Part shown: in pieces, positions 9,972-19,604 of the stretch | Position numbering within the stretch: position 1 is the stretch's first letter | Layout: each line of letters starts with the position of its first letter | Made by a program: the position numbers and the translations under genes | Notes under the pieces: generated by a model | What the model was told of the DNA's origin: nothing | Database searches by the model: none | What the model saw: the letters and a program-made list of their open reading frames with translations, nothing else | NCBI GenBank assembly: GCA_963762255.1 | Contig: CAVXKA010000003.1 | Span: 32,001 to 96,000 of the forward strand | Direction of reading: 5' to 3' | Source: Candidatus Eiseniibacteriota bacterium | GTDB taxonomy: Bacteria; Eisenbacteria; RBG-16-71-46; JABDJR01 | DNA: 64,000 nt

Positions 9972-10735
9972 GATTCATCCTCCGCCGGGGCAAGAAGCGC
10001 CCGGCCATCCTCGATAGCCACGAGCCGCCGGCCGGCCACGAACTCACCAACTCGATACGCCCGCCCTCCGAAGAAGGCGATCGGAACTCCGCCCAGCGTG
10101 CCGGTTCCCTGGAACGCGGGGCGAAGCTCCTCTGCGGGCGCGCTCTCGACGGGGCCTTCGCCGAACGATTGCGGCGCGAGCCCCGCGATCTCGTTGCCGA
10201 AACGGAACGGGTCCCTCGCGGGAGCGTCGGAGAGCGGGCCCGATTCGCCGAGCGAGGCGGCGGGCACGTACCCCTGAAGCGCAAGGCTTCCCTTGAGGGA
10301 GACGTGGAGCCCCTCCCCCTCCGGGATTTCCTCCAATTCGAGATCCGCGAGCTGCACCGCCGGCCACAACCCTCCGAGGCGCTCCAACGTGTGGTAGAGC
10401 TGGCCGAAGCTCGCCTCTCCCTCGACGGTGAAGGAGACGCGATCGGGAGCCTCTTCCGTCGCCGACTCTTCGATCTTGAGATCGCCGAGACGGCCGGGCG
10501 AATCCCCTGCCACGGTGGCGATCAGCCGCTGCGTGAGATCGGCGCGGTGGATCTCCACGTAGTCTCTTCCCGGGGAGCGACGGTCGTGCAGAACGTTTGC
10601 GGGAACGACTTCCGCCGCGAGGGCGTCCATCGCGCGTTGCATCCGCGCCGCGCGAACGAGCCGTGGAACGACCAGCATGCCGAGCGCGGCCGCGGACAGA
10701 CAGACGATGACCAGCTTGAGAAGTCTGGGGTTCAC
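9968..10735 (-). CDS. PilO-like plus PilP/GspC-like fused alignment protein
   Basis: N-terminal TM helix, PilO-like segment (FTVEGEASFGQLYHTLERL), RDPF motif and C-terminal beta domain (YRVGEFVAGRRLVAI). GTG overlaps the upstream stop. Confidence 0.65.
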   Translation of the reverse strand: MNPRLLKLVIVCLSAAALGMLVVPRLVRAARMQRAMDALAAEVVPANVLHDRRSPGRDYVEIHRADLTQRLIATVAGDSPGRLGDLKIEESATEEAPDRVSFTVEGEASFGQLYHTLERLGGLWPAVQLADLELEEIPEGEGLHVSLKGSLALQGYVPAASLGESGPLSDAPARDPFRFGNEIAGLAPQSFGEGPVESAPAEELRPAFQGTGTLGGVPIAFFGGRAYRVGEFVAGRRLVAIEDGRALLAPAEDES

Positions 10736-12477
10736 GACCGTGCCTCCGGCGCCGGCTGCCCACCGGCAACAAGCACCAACACCGAGAAGCCCATGTACCG
10801 ACCGGAATCGCCGAGCTGATCGGCCACGGGGCGCTGAGTCCACTCGAGTCGCACGCCCGCAAACGCTTGCTCCTTGGACAGGGCTTCCAGGAAGCTCACC
10901 AGGTCCTCCCTTCCCCGCGCCCGTCCTTCCAGACGAAGCAGCAGCGCGCCGGGATCTCCGGGCGGCGGGGAAACGAAGAGACGGTCGAGCTCGGGATCGA
11001 GAAATCGGGCGCCGGCGTCCGCCGATTCCTCGGCGGAGAGGCGCGCGCTCCCGATCCGCTCCAGACGAACGCCCGCGGGCATGCAGGATGCGAGAGCGAG
11101 AATGGCGGGAACTCCGGGATCGGCCCGGAGCGTTCCTTCCTGCGACGAGACGGAAACCTCGGTCGACGCAGCGACCTCATTGTTGGCCCGGGCTTGCAGG
11201 AGCGCTTGATAGCTCCGGGAGAAATAGCGCTCCGTGGAATGAGCAAGAACCGTCAGCGCGAGGATCAAGAGCGCGGCATAGACGGACACTTTCACCAGAC
11301 CCCTCGGGGAAGCGCGCATCGCCCTCGGGGTCTTGCGAACCGATTGCCTCCTGAGGAGGTTGAGCTTCCGACTCGGAAGCGCCTGAATGCCCAAGTAGGC
11401 GGCGCCCACGGCCTGGGTCAGCCGATGAGAAACGGATTGCAGGAGCGGGCTGTTCACCCCTTCGGCAACGTCGTTCAACACCGCGAGAGGATCGGCCACG
11501 CCGGTCTGGATGGTGTTGGGAAGGTTCAAGTATCCGACGAGGCCTCCCAACCGGCTGCCTCCTCCGGTCAGCACCAGCCGTGAGATCGGCAGGCCCACGC
11601 GATCCTGGATGTAGCGAAGCGTACGGAGAAGCTCCTCCCGCATCTGATGCATGGACTCGATCCGCGCGGGATCGAGAACGTAGGGCTTGCCGCCGAGCAA
11701 GATCGGTTGAAGTTCTTCGCCGGGGGCAGGAAGCACCCAATTTCTCTTGAGCGACTCAGCGAGGGCCCGATCGCCATCGAACATCTCGGCGATCTCGTCT
11801 GTGATCGGATCGCTTCCCACGCGGGTGTCACGTGCATAGAGAAGCCGCTCGCCCTGGAAAACGGCTACGGCGGTGGACCTGGCCCCGATGTCCATGACTA
11901 CTACGTTTCCACGCGTTTCCCCTTCGGGGACCAGCGTGCCGAGGGTGAGCGGCGCCACCGTGATGAGATCCAGGCTCAGCCCGGCTCCGCTCATCACTCG
12001 CTCCAGCTCCGTCACGTCCGCGAGAGTACTCACGGCCACAAGCGTGGGAGAGACGTCTCCGGAGCCCGGGCCCTGGCGAACCGCGTCCCAGGCGGTGGTC
12101 TCGGGATCGAAGGGGACCAGCGAGGCCGCTTGCAAGAGCGCCGCCTGCTTGAATTCCTTCTCCGGGATGCGGCCGGGAACTTGAACGAAGTTCACGTCCA
12201 CATGCGCGCCGTCGATCACGAGACAGGTGCGAAGTCCCTTGCGGTCGATGCGCGCGGTGAGTTCCTGCAACGCATCGGCCACGGCGTTGGCCCGCCCTTC
12301 CGCCCCCGGGGGCACCACCTCCATGAATCCGAAATCTTCGAGGACGATTCGGTCGCCCTCCTTGCGGAGCACCGCCGTCTTGACCGCGGTCTGCCCCAGC
12401 TTGACCCCCAACCAACGGTTTCCCTTCGGGAACATGGGGTCCCGGCGACGGAGGCGGAGATGCTCACGTCCGATCAT
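10732..12477 (-). CDS. pilM: PilM (actin-like) fused to a PilN-like domain
   Basis: DIGARST and LTGGGSRL actin-fold motifs, then LNLL, a TM helix and a periplasmic domain (LRLEGRA...FLEAL). Confidence 0.8.
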   Translation of the reverse strand: MIGREHLRLRRRDPMFPKGNRWLGVKLGQTAVKTAVLRKEGDRIVLEDFGFMEVVPPGAEGRANAVADALQELTARIDRKGLRTCLVIDGAHVDVNFVQVPGRIPEKEFKQAALLQAASLVPFDPETTAWDAVRQGPGSGDVSPTLVAVSTLADVTELERVMSGAGLSLDLITVAPLTLGTLVPEGETRGNVVVMDIGARSTAVAVFQGERLLYARDTRVGSDPITDEIAEMFDGDRALAESLKRNWVLPAPGEELQPILLGGKPYVLDPARIESMHQMREELLRTLRYIQDRVGLPISRLVLTGGGSRLGGLVGYLNLPNTIQTGVADPLAVLNDVAEGVNSPLLQSVSHRLTQAVGAAYLGIQALPSRKLNLLRRQSVRKTPRAMRASPRGLVKVSVYAALLILALTVLAHSTERYFSRSYQALLQARANNEVAASTEVSVSSQEGTLRADPGVPAILALASCMPAGVRLERIGSARLSAEESADAGARFLDPELDRLFVSPPPGDPGALLLRLEGRARGREDLVSFLEALSKEQAFAGVRLEWTQRPVADQLGDSGRYMGFSVLVLVAGGQPAPEARS

Positions 12478-12893
12478 GAGGGCCATTCCCATGCGCGCGG
12501 GTCCTGCCACGCGGTCACTTCGACCTCACCGGCGGGATCCCTCTCCAGCGTGACACGAATTCCAAGAGTGTCGGTGCCGACCCACCCGAAGGCGGTGACG
12601 ACCGCTCGGTCCGTCTCCAAGAGGAACGCCTCCACTCTCATGTATCCCCCCGCGAGGGCCGTTTCCGGCAGAGGCGGGTTCGAGACCGTCGTCCAGTCCG
12701 CGCTGGCCGAGAAGACATCCCCGACCGCCGCTTCCAGTCCCGCCTGCGCGAGGTAGAGCGCCCGCTCGGAGCGGTGACGCCGGAAGACCGAGTCTTCCAC
12801 CAGTGTGGAAAGCTCCAGCGCGGCAATCACCAAGGCGGTGAGCACGGTGAGGATCATCAACGCCAGCATGAGGGCGGAGCCTTTGGAGTTCAC
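12474..12893 (-). CDS. PilX/GspK-like minor pilin
   Basis: KGSALMLALMIL (no Glu at +5) and ALYLAQAGLE. Confidence 0.8.
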   Translation of the reverse strand: MNSKGSALMLALMILTVLTALVIAALELSTLVEDSVFRRHRSERALYLAQAGLEAAVGDVFSASADWTTVSNPPLPETALAGGYMRVEAFLLETDRAVVTAFGWVGTDTLGIRVTLERDPAGEVEVTAWQDPRAWEWPS

Positions 12894-13366
12894 GGTGCGA
12901 CGCTCCGAAAGGCCACCACCGCGCGCAGCGGTCGTTCCAGACCCAGGACTGCGATCTCCGCCGAACCGGCAGACACTTGAAAGGTCAGGGTGGTCCCTGC
13001 TTCCAGGCAGGCCAGGGGCCGCATCGGGACCGCTTTCCAGGCAACGATCCCCGTCTTGCGCATCTCGCGATACACATCCGCTCCCTTCACCAGATAGCGG
13101 ACCTCGCCATCGCTCCGCGTGAGGACGACGCCATCGGTGATCCCAATCCCCGTCTGGGCTCCGGCGACATCCAGGGCCCATTCCTCGAACAGCACTCCGT
13201 ACGTCAGCTCGCGATGCACGCTCTCGCGCTGGCGGGTCAACCCGGCGAACCCGGTGTCCATCAGTACCGGCACCGAGGCCGCCACCAGACCCAGGATCGC
13301 GGTGGAGACCAACAGCTCGACGAGCGTCAGCCCCCCTTGGTCGACGGAGCGGCGCAGCGCACGCAT
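12890..13366 (-). CDS. Minor pilin (PilW/GspJ-like)
   Basis: Class III signal peptide GG|LTLVELLV. Confidence 0.8.
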   Translation of the reverse strand: MRALRRSVDQGGLTLVELLVSTAILGLVAASVPVLMDTGFAGLTRQRESVHRELTYGVLFEEWALDVAGAQTGIGITDGVVLTRSDGEVRYLVKGADVYREMRKTGIVAWKAVPMRPLACLEAGTTLTFQVSAGSAEIAVLGLERPLRAVVAFRSVAP

Positions 13367-13367
13367 A

Positions 13368-13739
13368 TCAGGGACTCCTGCGTCCCTTGAGACAGGTGAG
13401 CGTCGACTCTTCGTCTCCCACGCGAACCTCGATCGTGATCTGCCGAACTCGCGCGCTCCAGGCCGCTACGGTCACGGTCCTCGTCGCGTCCGGATACCCG
13501 GAAATCGCGGACGGGCCCAGCGTGCCGGGAGCGAGATCCTCGAAATCCAGACCCAGCACCTGCTCCAGCGTCGACCGGGCCTCCCGCTCGGCGCTCAGCC
13601 GCTCCTCGCGCCGCTCCCCGTTCCGCGTGGCGGGGATCACGGCGCCTGTGACAAGGAGCACAGCCAACCCGAGGACCAGGACGGTCACCAGGACTTCGAC
13701 CAGCGTGAAACCGGCGGACCCCGGGACGGATCTGCGCAC
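13368..13739 (-). CDS. Minor pilin (PilV/GspI-like)
   Basis: Class III signal peptide AG|FTLVEVLV. Confidence 0.8.
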   Translation of the reverse strand: MRRSVPGSAGFTLVEVLVTVLVLGLAVLLVTGAVIPATRNGERREERLSAEREARSTLEQVLGLDFEDLAPGTLGPSAISGYPDATRTVTVAAWSARVRQITIEVRVGDEESTLTCLKGRRSP

Positions 13740-13742
13740 GGG

Positions 13743-14270
13743 CTAGAAGCCCGCGTACACCGCGGAGTAGGTCCTTCCAAGATTGGCGACGATGTTGCCG
13801 CTCTTGGCCTCGTAGTACCAACCGCCCGTCCCCGTCCCCGCGGCCACCGCGGTTGAGACCGCCGACAGGATGCGCTCGTTGGTGATGTTGACGGTGACGG
13901 TGCCCAGCCCGGAGATGCTCTCCGTCGGCCACTTCTTCAGGTAGGGGCCCAAGCGCGCCGTGGTCGTGCGGGTGAGGCTCGGCCGGCCGGCGCCGTCGGT
14001 GTACTGGGTGAGCTGGTTCACGAAGATCGTGGGGTCAGCGCCGACATTGAAGTCGCGCGGATCGCAGGGGTACCAGCCATGATCCGAGCGATACAGGTTC
14101 AGGGCCTCCCGAAGCCCGGCCACGTTGGACTTCAGGGTCGATTCTTTCGCCCCTTGATCCGAGCCGGCCAAGTTGAAGATCACGACGCCGGCGAGGATGC
14201 CAAGCAGCGTGATGACCACCAGGATCTCGGCCAGCGTGAAACCTCTCTGGTTTCGAATATGCGCCATCAT
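13743..14270 (-). CDS. Major (pseudo)pilin, GspG-like
   Basis: QRG|FTLAEILVVITLLGIL, ALNLYRSDHGWYP and GPYLKKWP. SD precedes ATG 14270. Confidence 0.85.
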   Translation of the reverse strand: MMAHIRNQRGFTLAEILVVITLLGILAGVVIFNLAGSDQGAKESTLKSNVAGLREALNLYRSDHGWYPCDPRDFNVGADPTIFVNQLTQYTDGAGRPSLTRTTTARLGPYLKKWPTESISGLGTVTVNITNERILSAVSTAVAAGTGTGGWYYEAKSGNIVANLGRTYSAVYAGF

Positions 14271-14450
14271 GCGAAGAACCCCCTTGGGTGGGAGCGGGTC
14301 GGGGTGAAGCGACCAGCACTCTGCGTGGCCTTCAGCCCTCTCGGTCATGGATTGATCGGCATCGGGGACGATCGCCTTAGTGCGAATTGCGATTCCGGGA
14401 GCATTAGTTCGCGAATCGCACGATTCCGGACGCACGGAGGGCGTCCCGGG

Positions 14451-15665
14451 CTAACCCTGGAAGCTCTTTGTGGCCCGCAACATGGGGAGGATGAGGGACA
14501 GCGCGACGATCCCGATGACCACCCCCATGAACACGATCAGGACGGGCTCCACCAGCGTGACAAGACGTTGGTAGTGGCGGCGCACCTCGTTGTTGTACGA
14601 GCGCCCGATGCGGGAGAGCATCTCGGGGAGGCGCCCCGTCTGCTCCCCCACCATCACGATGCGCGCGAGATCCGGGGGGAAGTGGTTGGCTTGGGCCATC
14701 GCCTCGTGCAACGAGGAGCCGTTCTCCACTCGGTCGCGCGCGTCGCGGATCTCCGCCTCCAGGCGGAGGTTTCCCATCGCTTCTCCGCAGAGGTCGAGGG
14801 TTTCGAGCAGAGGAACTCCGCTCGAATGAAGCAGGCTGAAGGTGTTGGCAAACCGAGCGGTCGCGCGGCGACGGATCAAGTGGCCGGCCACCGGCAGCCT
14901 CAGCGCGAGATCGCAGAGGAGCAGTTTCACCCGGCGATCGCGGCCGGCGAGAGCCAGTGCGCCGATCCCGAGCGCGATTCCCACCCCGGCCAGGAGCCAG
15001 TTGTCGCCAACCCAGGACGAGACGGCGAGCAGGATCCGGGTGATCTGCGGGATCTCCACGTTCATCCCTTCGAGTTGCTCGACATATCGGGGAAGAATCC
15101 AGCCCGTAAGAAAGGTCACCGAGGCCAGCGTCATCAATACGAGGACACAGGGGTATACCAGAGCGGTCCGAAGATCGGAGGTGAGCTTGGACTGCTCCTC
15201 CAACTGCTCGGAATACTCCTGAAGGATCACGTCCAGCTTGCCGCTGTTCTCCCCCGCCTTGAGAACGCTGATCAGCAGATCGCCGAAGGCATAGCGATAG
15301 CGACGGAAAGCCCCCGCCACGCTGTTCCCTTCCTCGATGTCCTCGGTGATGCGAAGGAGGGTCCGCGAGAGGGCCGCATTGCGGGTCCGTCCCGCGAGGA
15401 TCCCCATGGTCTCGTGCAACGAGAGCCCGGCGGAGATCATGGACGACATGTGGAAGCACAGGTCCGCGATCTCCCGCGCGCTCGCCGCCAGCTTCAGGTT
15501 GAATTTGCTCCAGGTCGAGGTGCGCACGACGCACGGGCTGATCTCGATGGGATACTGCTCGCGCGCCTTGAGAATGCCGAGCATCTCCTGCATGGAGGCC
15601 GCCACGAGTTCGCCGTGGGAGTGCGTCCCCTCTCGATCCCGAGCCTCGAATCTGAAGCGCGGCAT
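14451..15665 (-). CDS. pilC: Platform protein PilC/GspF
   Basis: AGENSGKL, VGEQTGRL and LVEPVLIV; two T2SSF domains. Confidence 0.93.
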   Translation of the reverse strand: MPRFRFEARDREGTHSHGELVAASMQEMLGILKAREQYPIEISPCVVRTSTWSKFNLKLAASAREIADLCFHMSSMISAGLSLHETMGILAGRTRNAALSRTLLRITEDIEEGNSVAGAFRRYRYAFGDLLISVLKAGENSGKLDVILQEYSEQLEEQSKLTSDLRTALVYPCVLVLMTLASVTFLTGWILPRYVEQLEGMNVEIPQITRILLAVSSWVGDNWLLAGVGIALGIGALALAGRDRRVKLLLCDLALRLPVAGHLIRRRATARFANTFSLLHSSGVPLLETLDLCGEAMGNLRLEAEIRDARDRVENGSSLHEAMAQANHFPPDLARIVMVGEQTGRLPEMLSRIGRSYNNEVRRHYQRLVTLVEPVLIVFMGVVIGIVALSLILPMLRATKSFQG

Positions 15666-15666
15666 G

Positions 15667-17403
15667 TCAGGAAGCCACCAGCGTCACCCGAGCCACTTCC
15701 TCCAGGGAAGTCACGCCCAGGCGAGCCTTCGCCACCGCGTCTTTGCGGAGGGTGGACATCCCCTCCTCCACCGCACTGGCTCGCACGGTGGCGGAGTCCG
15801 CGTTCTGCAGCATGAGGCGGCGGATGCCGTCGCTCATCCGCATCAGCTCGAACACTCCGATTCGCCCCGCATACCCCACGTTCAGACAGCGCCGGCATCC
15901 CGACGCGGCGAAGAAGGGGCCCCTCTCCTCCCCGGGCTCCAGCACCCGGTTCATCAGGACCTCGTCGGGCCGCGTCTCGTGCCGGCAGTGCGGGCACAGG
16001 ATGCGCACGAGCCGCTGCGCGAGCACCGCGCGCACGCTGCTGGCCACAAGGTAGGGCTCCAGCCCCATATCGCGGAGCCGCATCAACGTCCCCGCCGCTT
16101 CCGTGGTGTGGAGCGTGGAGAAGACCAGGTGACCGGTCAGAGCGGCCCGGATGGCGATGTCCGCGGTCTCCTGGTCTCGGATCTCACCGACCATGATGAC
16201 ATCGGGATCCTGACGGAGAATGGAGCGCAGGCCGGTGGCGAAGGTCACCCCGGCGCGCGGATTCACTTGGATCTGCCCGATGCTGGGGAGCTTGTACTCG
16301 ACCGGATCCTCCACGGTTACGATGTTCAGTTCCGGGCTGTTGATCTCGTTGAGCGAGCCGTAAAGGGTCGTCGACTTGCCGCTTCCGGTGGGGCCGGTCA
16401 CGAGAAGGATGCCCCCGGGGAGGCGAATCAGGTCCCGCCAGATCCGAAGTTCGTCGGGGCCGATCCCCGTGTTGTCCAGGCCCACGAGCACGCTCCGCGA
16501 GTCCAGGATGCGCATGACCACCTTTTCCCCGCGAACGGTGGGCAGCGTGCTCACCCGCAGGTCGATTCGATGGCCGCGAAAGGTGACCGTGAACTGCCCG
16601 TCCTGTGGAGCGCGCTTCTCGGAAATGTCCATGCGGGAAAGGATCTTCACGCGCGTGACGATGCCGGAGTGCAAGGGCTTCGGAGGGTGCGCCTTGTCCT
16701 GCAAGACGCCGTCGATGCGAAACCGGACGCGAACGTGGTCATCCTCCGGTTCTATGTGGATGTCGCTCGCCCGATCCTTCAGGGCTTGATTGAGGAGGAG
16801 GTTCACGATCTTGACCACGGGGGCGTCCTCGGAGCGCGAGGCGACCTCATCCATGATCATGAGGTCCTCGTCCGTCTCGTCGAGGTCGAGATCGGTGTCG
16901 CTCTCCCGGCGTCGTGCGGCGTCCACGAAGGCCGCCTGCATCGTGGCGTTCACCGAGTAGAAGCGCGCGATGGCGTCGGTGATCTCTCCGGCGAGACCCA
17001 CCGCCGGTTTCACTTCCAAGCCGGTCAGGAACCGCACGCGGTCGATGGCCACCACGTCGAGCGGGTCCACCATGGCCACCGTCAGCCAGGAACCCCGGCG
17101 ATAGACGGGCATGATCTGTAGCTCGCGGGCGAGCGATTCCGGCACGTCATGCGTGACGTCCGAGTCGATCGACTCCTCGTCGAGTCGAATCGCCTCCACT
17201 CCGAGCACCGCGCTCCAGTGTTCGAGCACGATTTCGCGCGCCAGCCCCGCCTGGTGGACCAGGTAGTCCCCGGGTGGGTCTGCGGACTGCGCCATTCCCC
17301 TGGATAGCACATCCATTTTCTCGCGGGTCAGGTGCTTGTACTTGACGAGGCGCTCCAGGAGTTCATACCCCTGGGTATGCAAGCTGGTTTGAGGCATGGA
17401 CAA
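15667..17403 (-). CDS. pilB: Assembly ATPase PilB/GspE
   Basis: ASDIHIEP, Walker A GPTGSGKST, LRQDPDVIMVGEIRD and Zn motif CPHC...CRRC. Confidence 0.95.
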   Translation of the reverse strand: MSMPQTSLHTQGYELLERLVKYKHLTREKMDVLSRGMAQSADPPGDYLVHQAGLAREIVLEHWSAVLGVEAIRLDEESIDSDVTHDVPESLARELQIMPVYRRGSWLTVAMVDPLDVVAIDRVRFLTGLEVKPAVGLAGEITDAIARFYSVNATMQAAFVDAARRRESDTDLDLDETDEDLMIMDEVASRSEDAPVVKIVNLLLNQALKDRASDIHIEPEDDHVRVRFRIDGVLQDKAHPPKPLHSGIVTRVKILSRMDISEKRAPQDGQFTVTFRGHRIDLRVSTLPTVRGEKVVMRILDSRSVLVGLDNTGIGPDELRIWRDLIRLPGGILLVTGPTGSGKSTTLYGSLNEINSPELNIVTVEDPVEYKLPSIGQIQVNPRAGVTFATGLRSILRQDPDVIMVGEIRDQETADIAIRAALTGHLVFSTLHTTEAAGTLMRLRDMGLEPYLVASSVRAVLAQRLVRILCPHCRHETRPDEVLMNRVLEPGEERGPFFAASGCRRCLNVGYAGRIGVFELMRMSDGIRRLMLQNADSATVRASAVEEGMSTLRKDAVAKARLGVTSLEEVARVTLVAS

Positions 17404-17538
17404 CCCTCCAGATCCGGTATCGGCCTTCCAAGTACGGTCCTGAACCGCGGCCCGGCAAGCGAGGTCGGAGGCGGCCCGGGGTCGGCGGGCGAAGATTCAC
17501 CTTTGCCTCCCGCGCGCGCTTGGCTACGGTGTTGGCCC

Positions 17539-19524
17539 ATGAACCCGGCACCCAGTTCGACCCAGGCCCCCGATGCTCACTCCCCCTCGGCGAGCCGCGC
17601 CACGGCGGCGATCTGTGTGGCCGCGGCGCTTCTCATGGCATTCTTCGCAGCGGTCCCCCTGGAACGGTTTCCACACAGCGGCGACGAGTACGCCTACCAG
17701 TACCAGGCGCGCACGTTTCTCGCCGGGCGGGCGGTGAACCCCCCCGCTCCCGACCCGGCGGCGTACGAGCAGGTCCACATCATCAGCACGCCCGAGCGCA
17801 TGTACTCCAAGTACCCGCCCGGGTGGCCCGCGGTGCTGGCTGCCGGCGAGGCGGCTCGAGTTGGGTTCCTGGTCAACCCGCTCCTCGCCGCGCTCACGCT
17901 GTGGGTCGCGTTTCGCCTCGCAAGACGAGTCGCCGGCGACACCGTCGCGCTGGCGTTTCTCCTACTTCTCGCGACCAACGGGTTCTACCTGCTCAACGGC
18001 GCCACGTTCTTCTCGCACCCGATGGTCGGATTGGCGCTCGTCCTCGGACTGGATGCACTCTACCGATACAGCGCAGCGCCCCGCTCTCGGTATGCGCTCG
18101 CCGCCGGTGCGTGCCTCGGCGCGATCCTCCTCACGAGGCCTCAGGATGCGTTGCTCGTCGGCGCGGGGTTCGCCGTCGCCGGGATCGCGCTCCTGCGGCA
18201 GGCGCCCCACTCGTCACGACTCGCCCATGGTCTATCGGCGCTGATCGGTCCGGCGCTGGCCCTCGGGGCGTTCCTTCTCTACAACCGCGCAACGACCGGC
18301 GACGCCCTGCTCTTCGGCCACATCGCCCGCAGCGCGAGCGACCGGCCGACATGGAACCCGCTTGGATCGGTGCTGTCCACGGTGAACCGGCTGCAGGAAT
18401 ACGTGGTCGTCGCTTCGGTGGGATTGGCGGCGTTTCTGCTCCGGCCTCGATCTTCCGGCTCGGCCGCCGAGCGCCCGCCGGCACGCATGCTGGCCCTCGC
18501 AGCGCTCATCGTGTTCCTCTACTGGTTGGGCTACTCGACCTACACGCAGCCCGACGGCCCGCCGCGCTTCGGCCCGCGCTACCTCTATCCCGCGCACATC
18601 CTCACGTTCTTCCTGGCTGCCACCGCACTGGTGCGGTCGCTGCGACCGGGCGCGCTGCGTCCTCTATTGCTTCTCGTCGTCGCGGCGCAGCTTGTGCAGA
18701 CCGGGGTCGTGATCGACTCCGCGCACAAGACCATCCATGCCGCCACAGGGCCGGAGCGCGCGGCGAACGTGCTCGCCAAGGCGATCGCTCCCAATCGTGC
18801 GATGGTCCTCGTCGAGGGCCCGGCGGGATCCGTGCCGACGTACGATCTCATTCGCAACGGCATCGACTACACGCACCCGGTCGTATTCGTGGGGCGAGTG
18901 CCCCAGGCGGGGGCGATGGATCGCATCCCGTATCTCTGGGACGGAGCCGGCGGGCTCCCGATGCTGCGCTCCCTCGACCCGCACGCCGACGTGCAGGCCG
19001 TGGCCCTCACCCAAACCGGGGCCACCGTCCTGCGGCCCGAACCGCAGCAGGGGTGGATCGTGACCCGCGGCTCCAACCGGTGCTCGAAGTACTTCTGGGA
19101 GTTCCCCGGATCGAGGCCCACGGATTGGTCGACGCTGGGACCCTGCGGCGAGGGCATCGTGCAGGCGGGACATCCGCCCGCGCCGGGAGAAGCCTGGGAA
19201 GATACGGGGCGCAAGTGGTTCTTCGCGGTCTTTCGGACATTCCTGGATCTGGACGAACCCGGGTCCTACGCCTTCCATCTCCGCGTCGCCGGCGCGATCC
19301 GGCTCCGCCTGGATGGCCGGACGCTTCTGGAGACGCAGGCCGCAATCGGCGATTGGGCCCCGGAGATGCGTGTGGACCTCGATCCCGGCATCCACCGGGT
19401 TGAACTCTCGTACTTCACCACGCGACGGCCGGCCCTCCTCGAGTGGTCCGCGCGCGGGCCGAGCGGCGAAGAGCTGGAATCCTGGCGCTACTCCGCGCTC
19501 CGAGCGATGGCCGGACCCCGCTGA
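17539..19524 (+). CDS. GT-C glycosyltransferase (PMT/ArnT-like) with C-terminal PA14-like domain
   Basis: SGDEYAY and SKYPPGWP motifs, multiple TM helices, C-terminal PGSYAF...IRLRLDG...LDPGIHRVELSY. Confidence 0.75.
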   Translation: MNPAPSSTQAPDAHSPSASRATAAICVAAALLMAFFAAVPLERFPHSGDEYAYQYQARTFLAGRAVNPPAPDPAAYEQVHIISTPERMYSKYPPGWPAVLAAGEAARVGFLVNPLLAALTLWVAFRLARRVAGDTVALAFLLLLATNGFYLLNGATFFSHPMVGLALVLGLDALYRYSAAPRSRYALAAGACLGAILLTRPQDALLVGAGFAVAGIALLRQAPHSSRLAHGLSALIGPALALGAFLLYNRATTGDALLFGHIARSASDRPTWNPLGSVLSTVNRLQEYVVVASVGLAAFLLRPRSSGSAAERPPARMLALAALIVFLYWLGYSTYTQPDGPPRFGPRYLYPAHILTFFLAATALVRSLRPGALRPLLLLVVAAQLVQTGVVIDSAHKTIHAATGPERAANVLAKAIAPNRAMVLVEGPAGSVPTYDLIRNGIDYTHPVVFVGRVPQAGAMDRIPYLWDGAGGLPMLRSLDPHADVQAVALTQTGATVLRPEPQQGWIVTRGSNRCSKYFWEFPGSRPTDWSTLGPCGEGIVQAGHPPAPGEAWEDTGRKWFFAVFRTFLDLDEPGSYAFHLRVAGAIRLRLDGRTLLETQAAIGDWAPEMRVDLDPGIHRVELSYFTTRRPALLEWSARGPSGEELESWRYSALRAMAGPR

Positions 19525-19604
19525 CGGGAGGCCTGGAACCGGGTACAATGCCGCCCGCGGTCTCGAAGCGAGACGATCCTCCACGCCTGCACACGGGAAC
19601 GATC

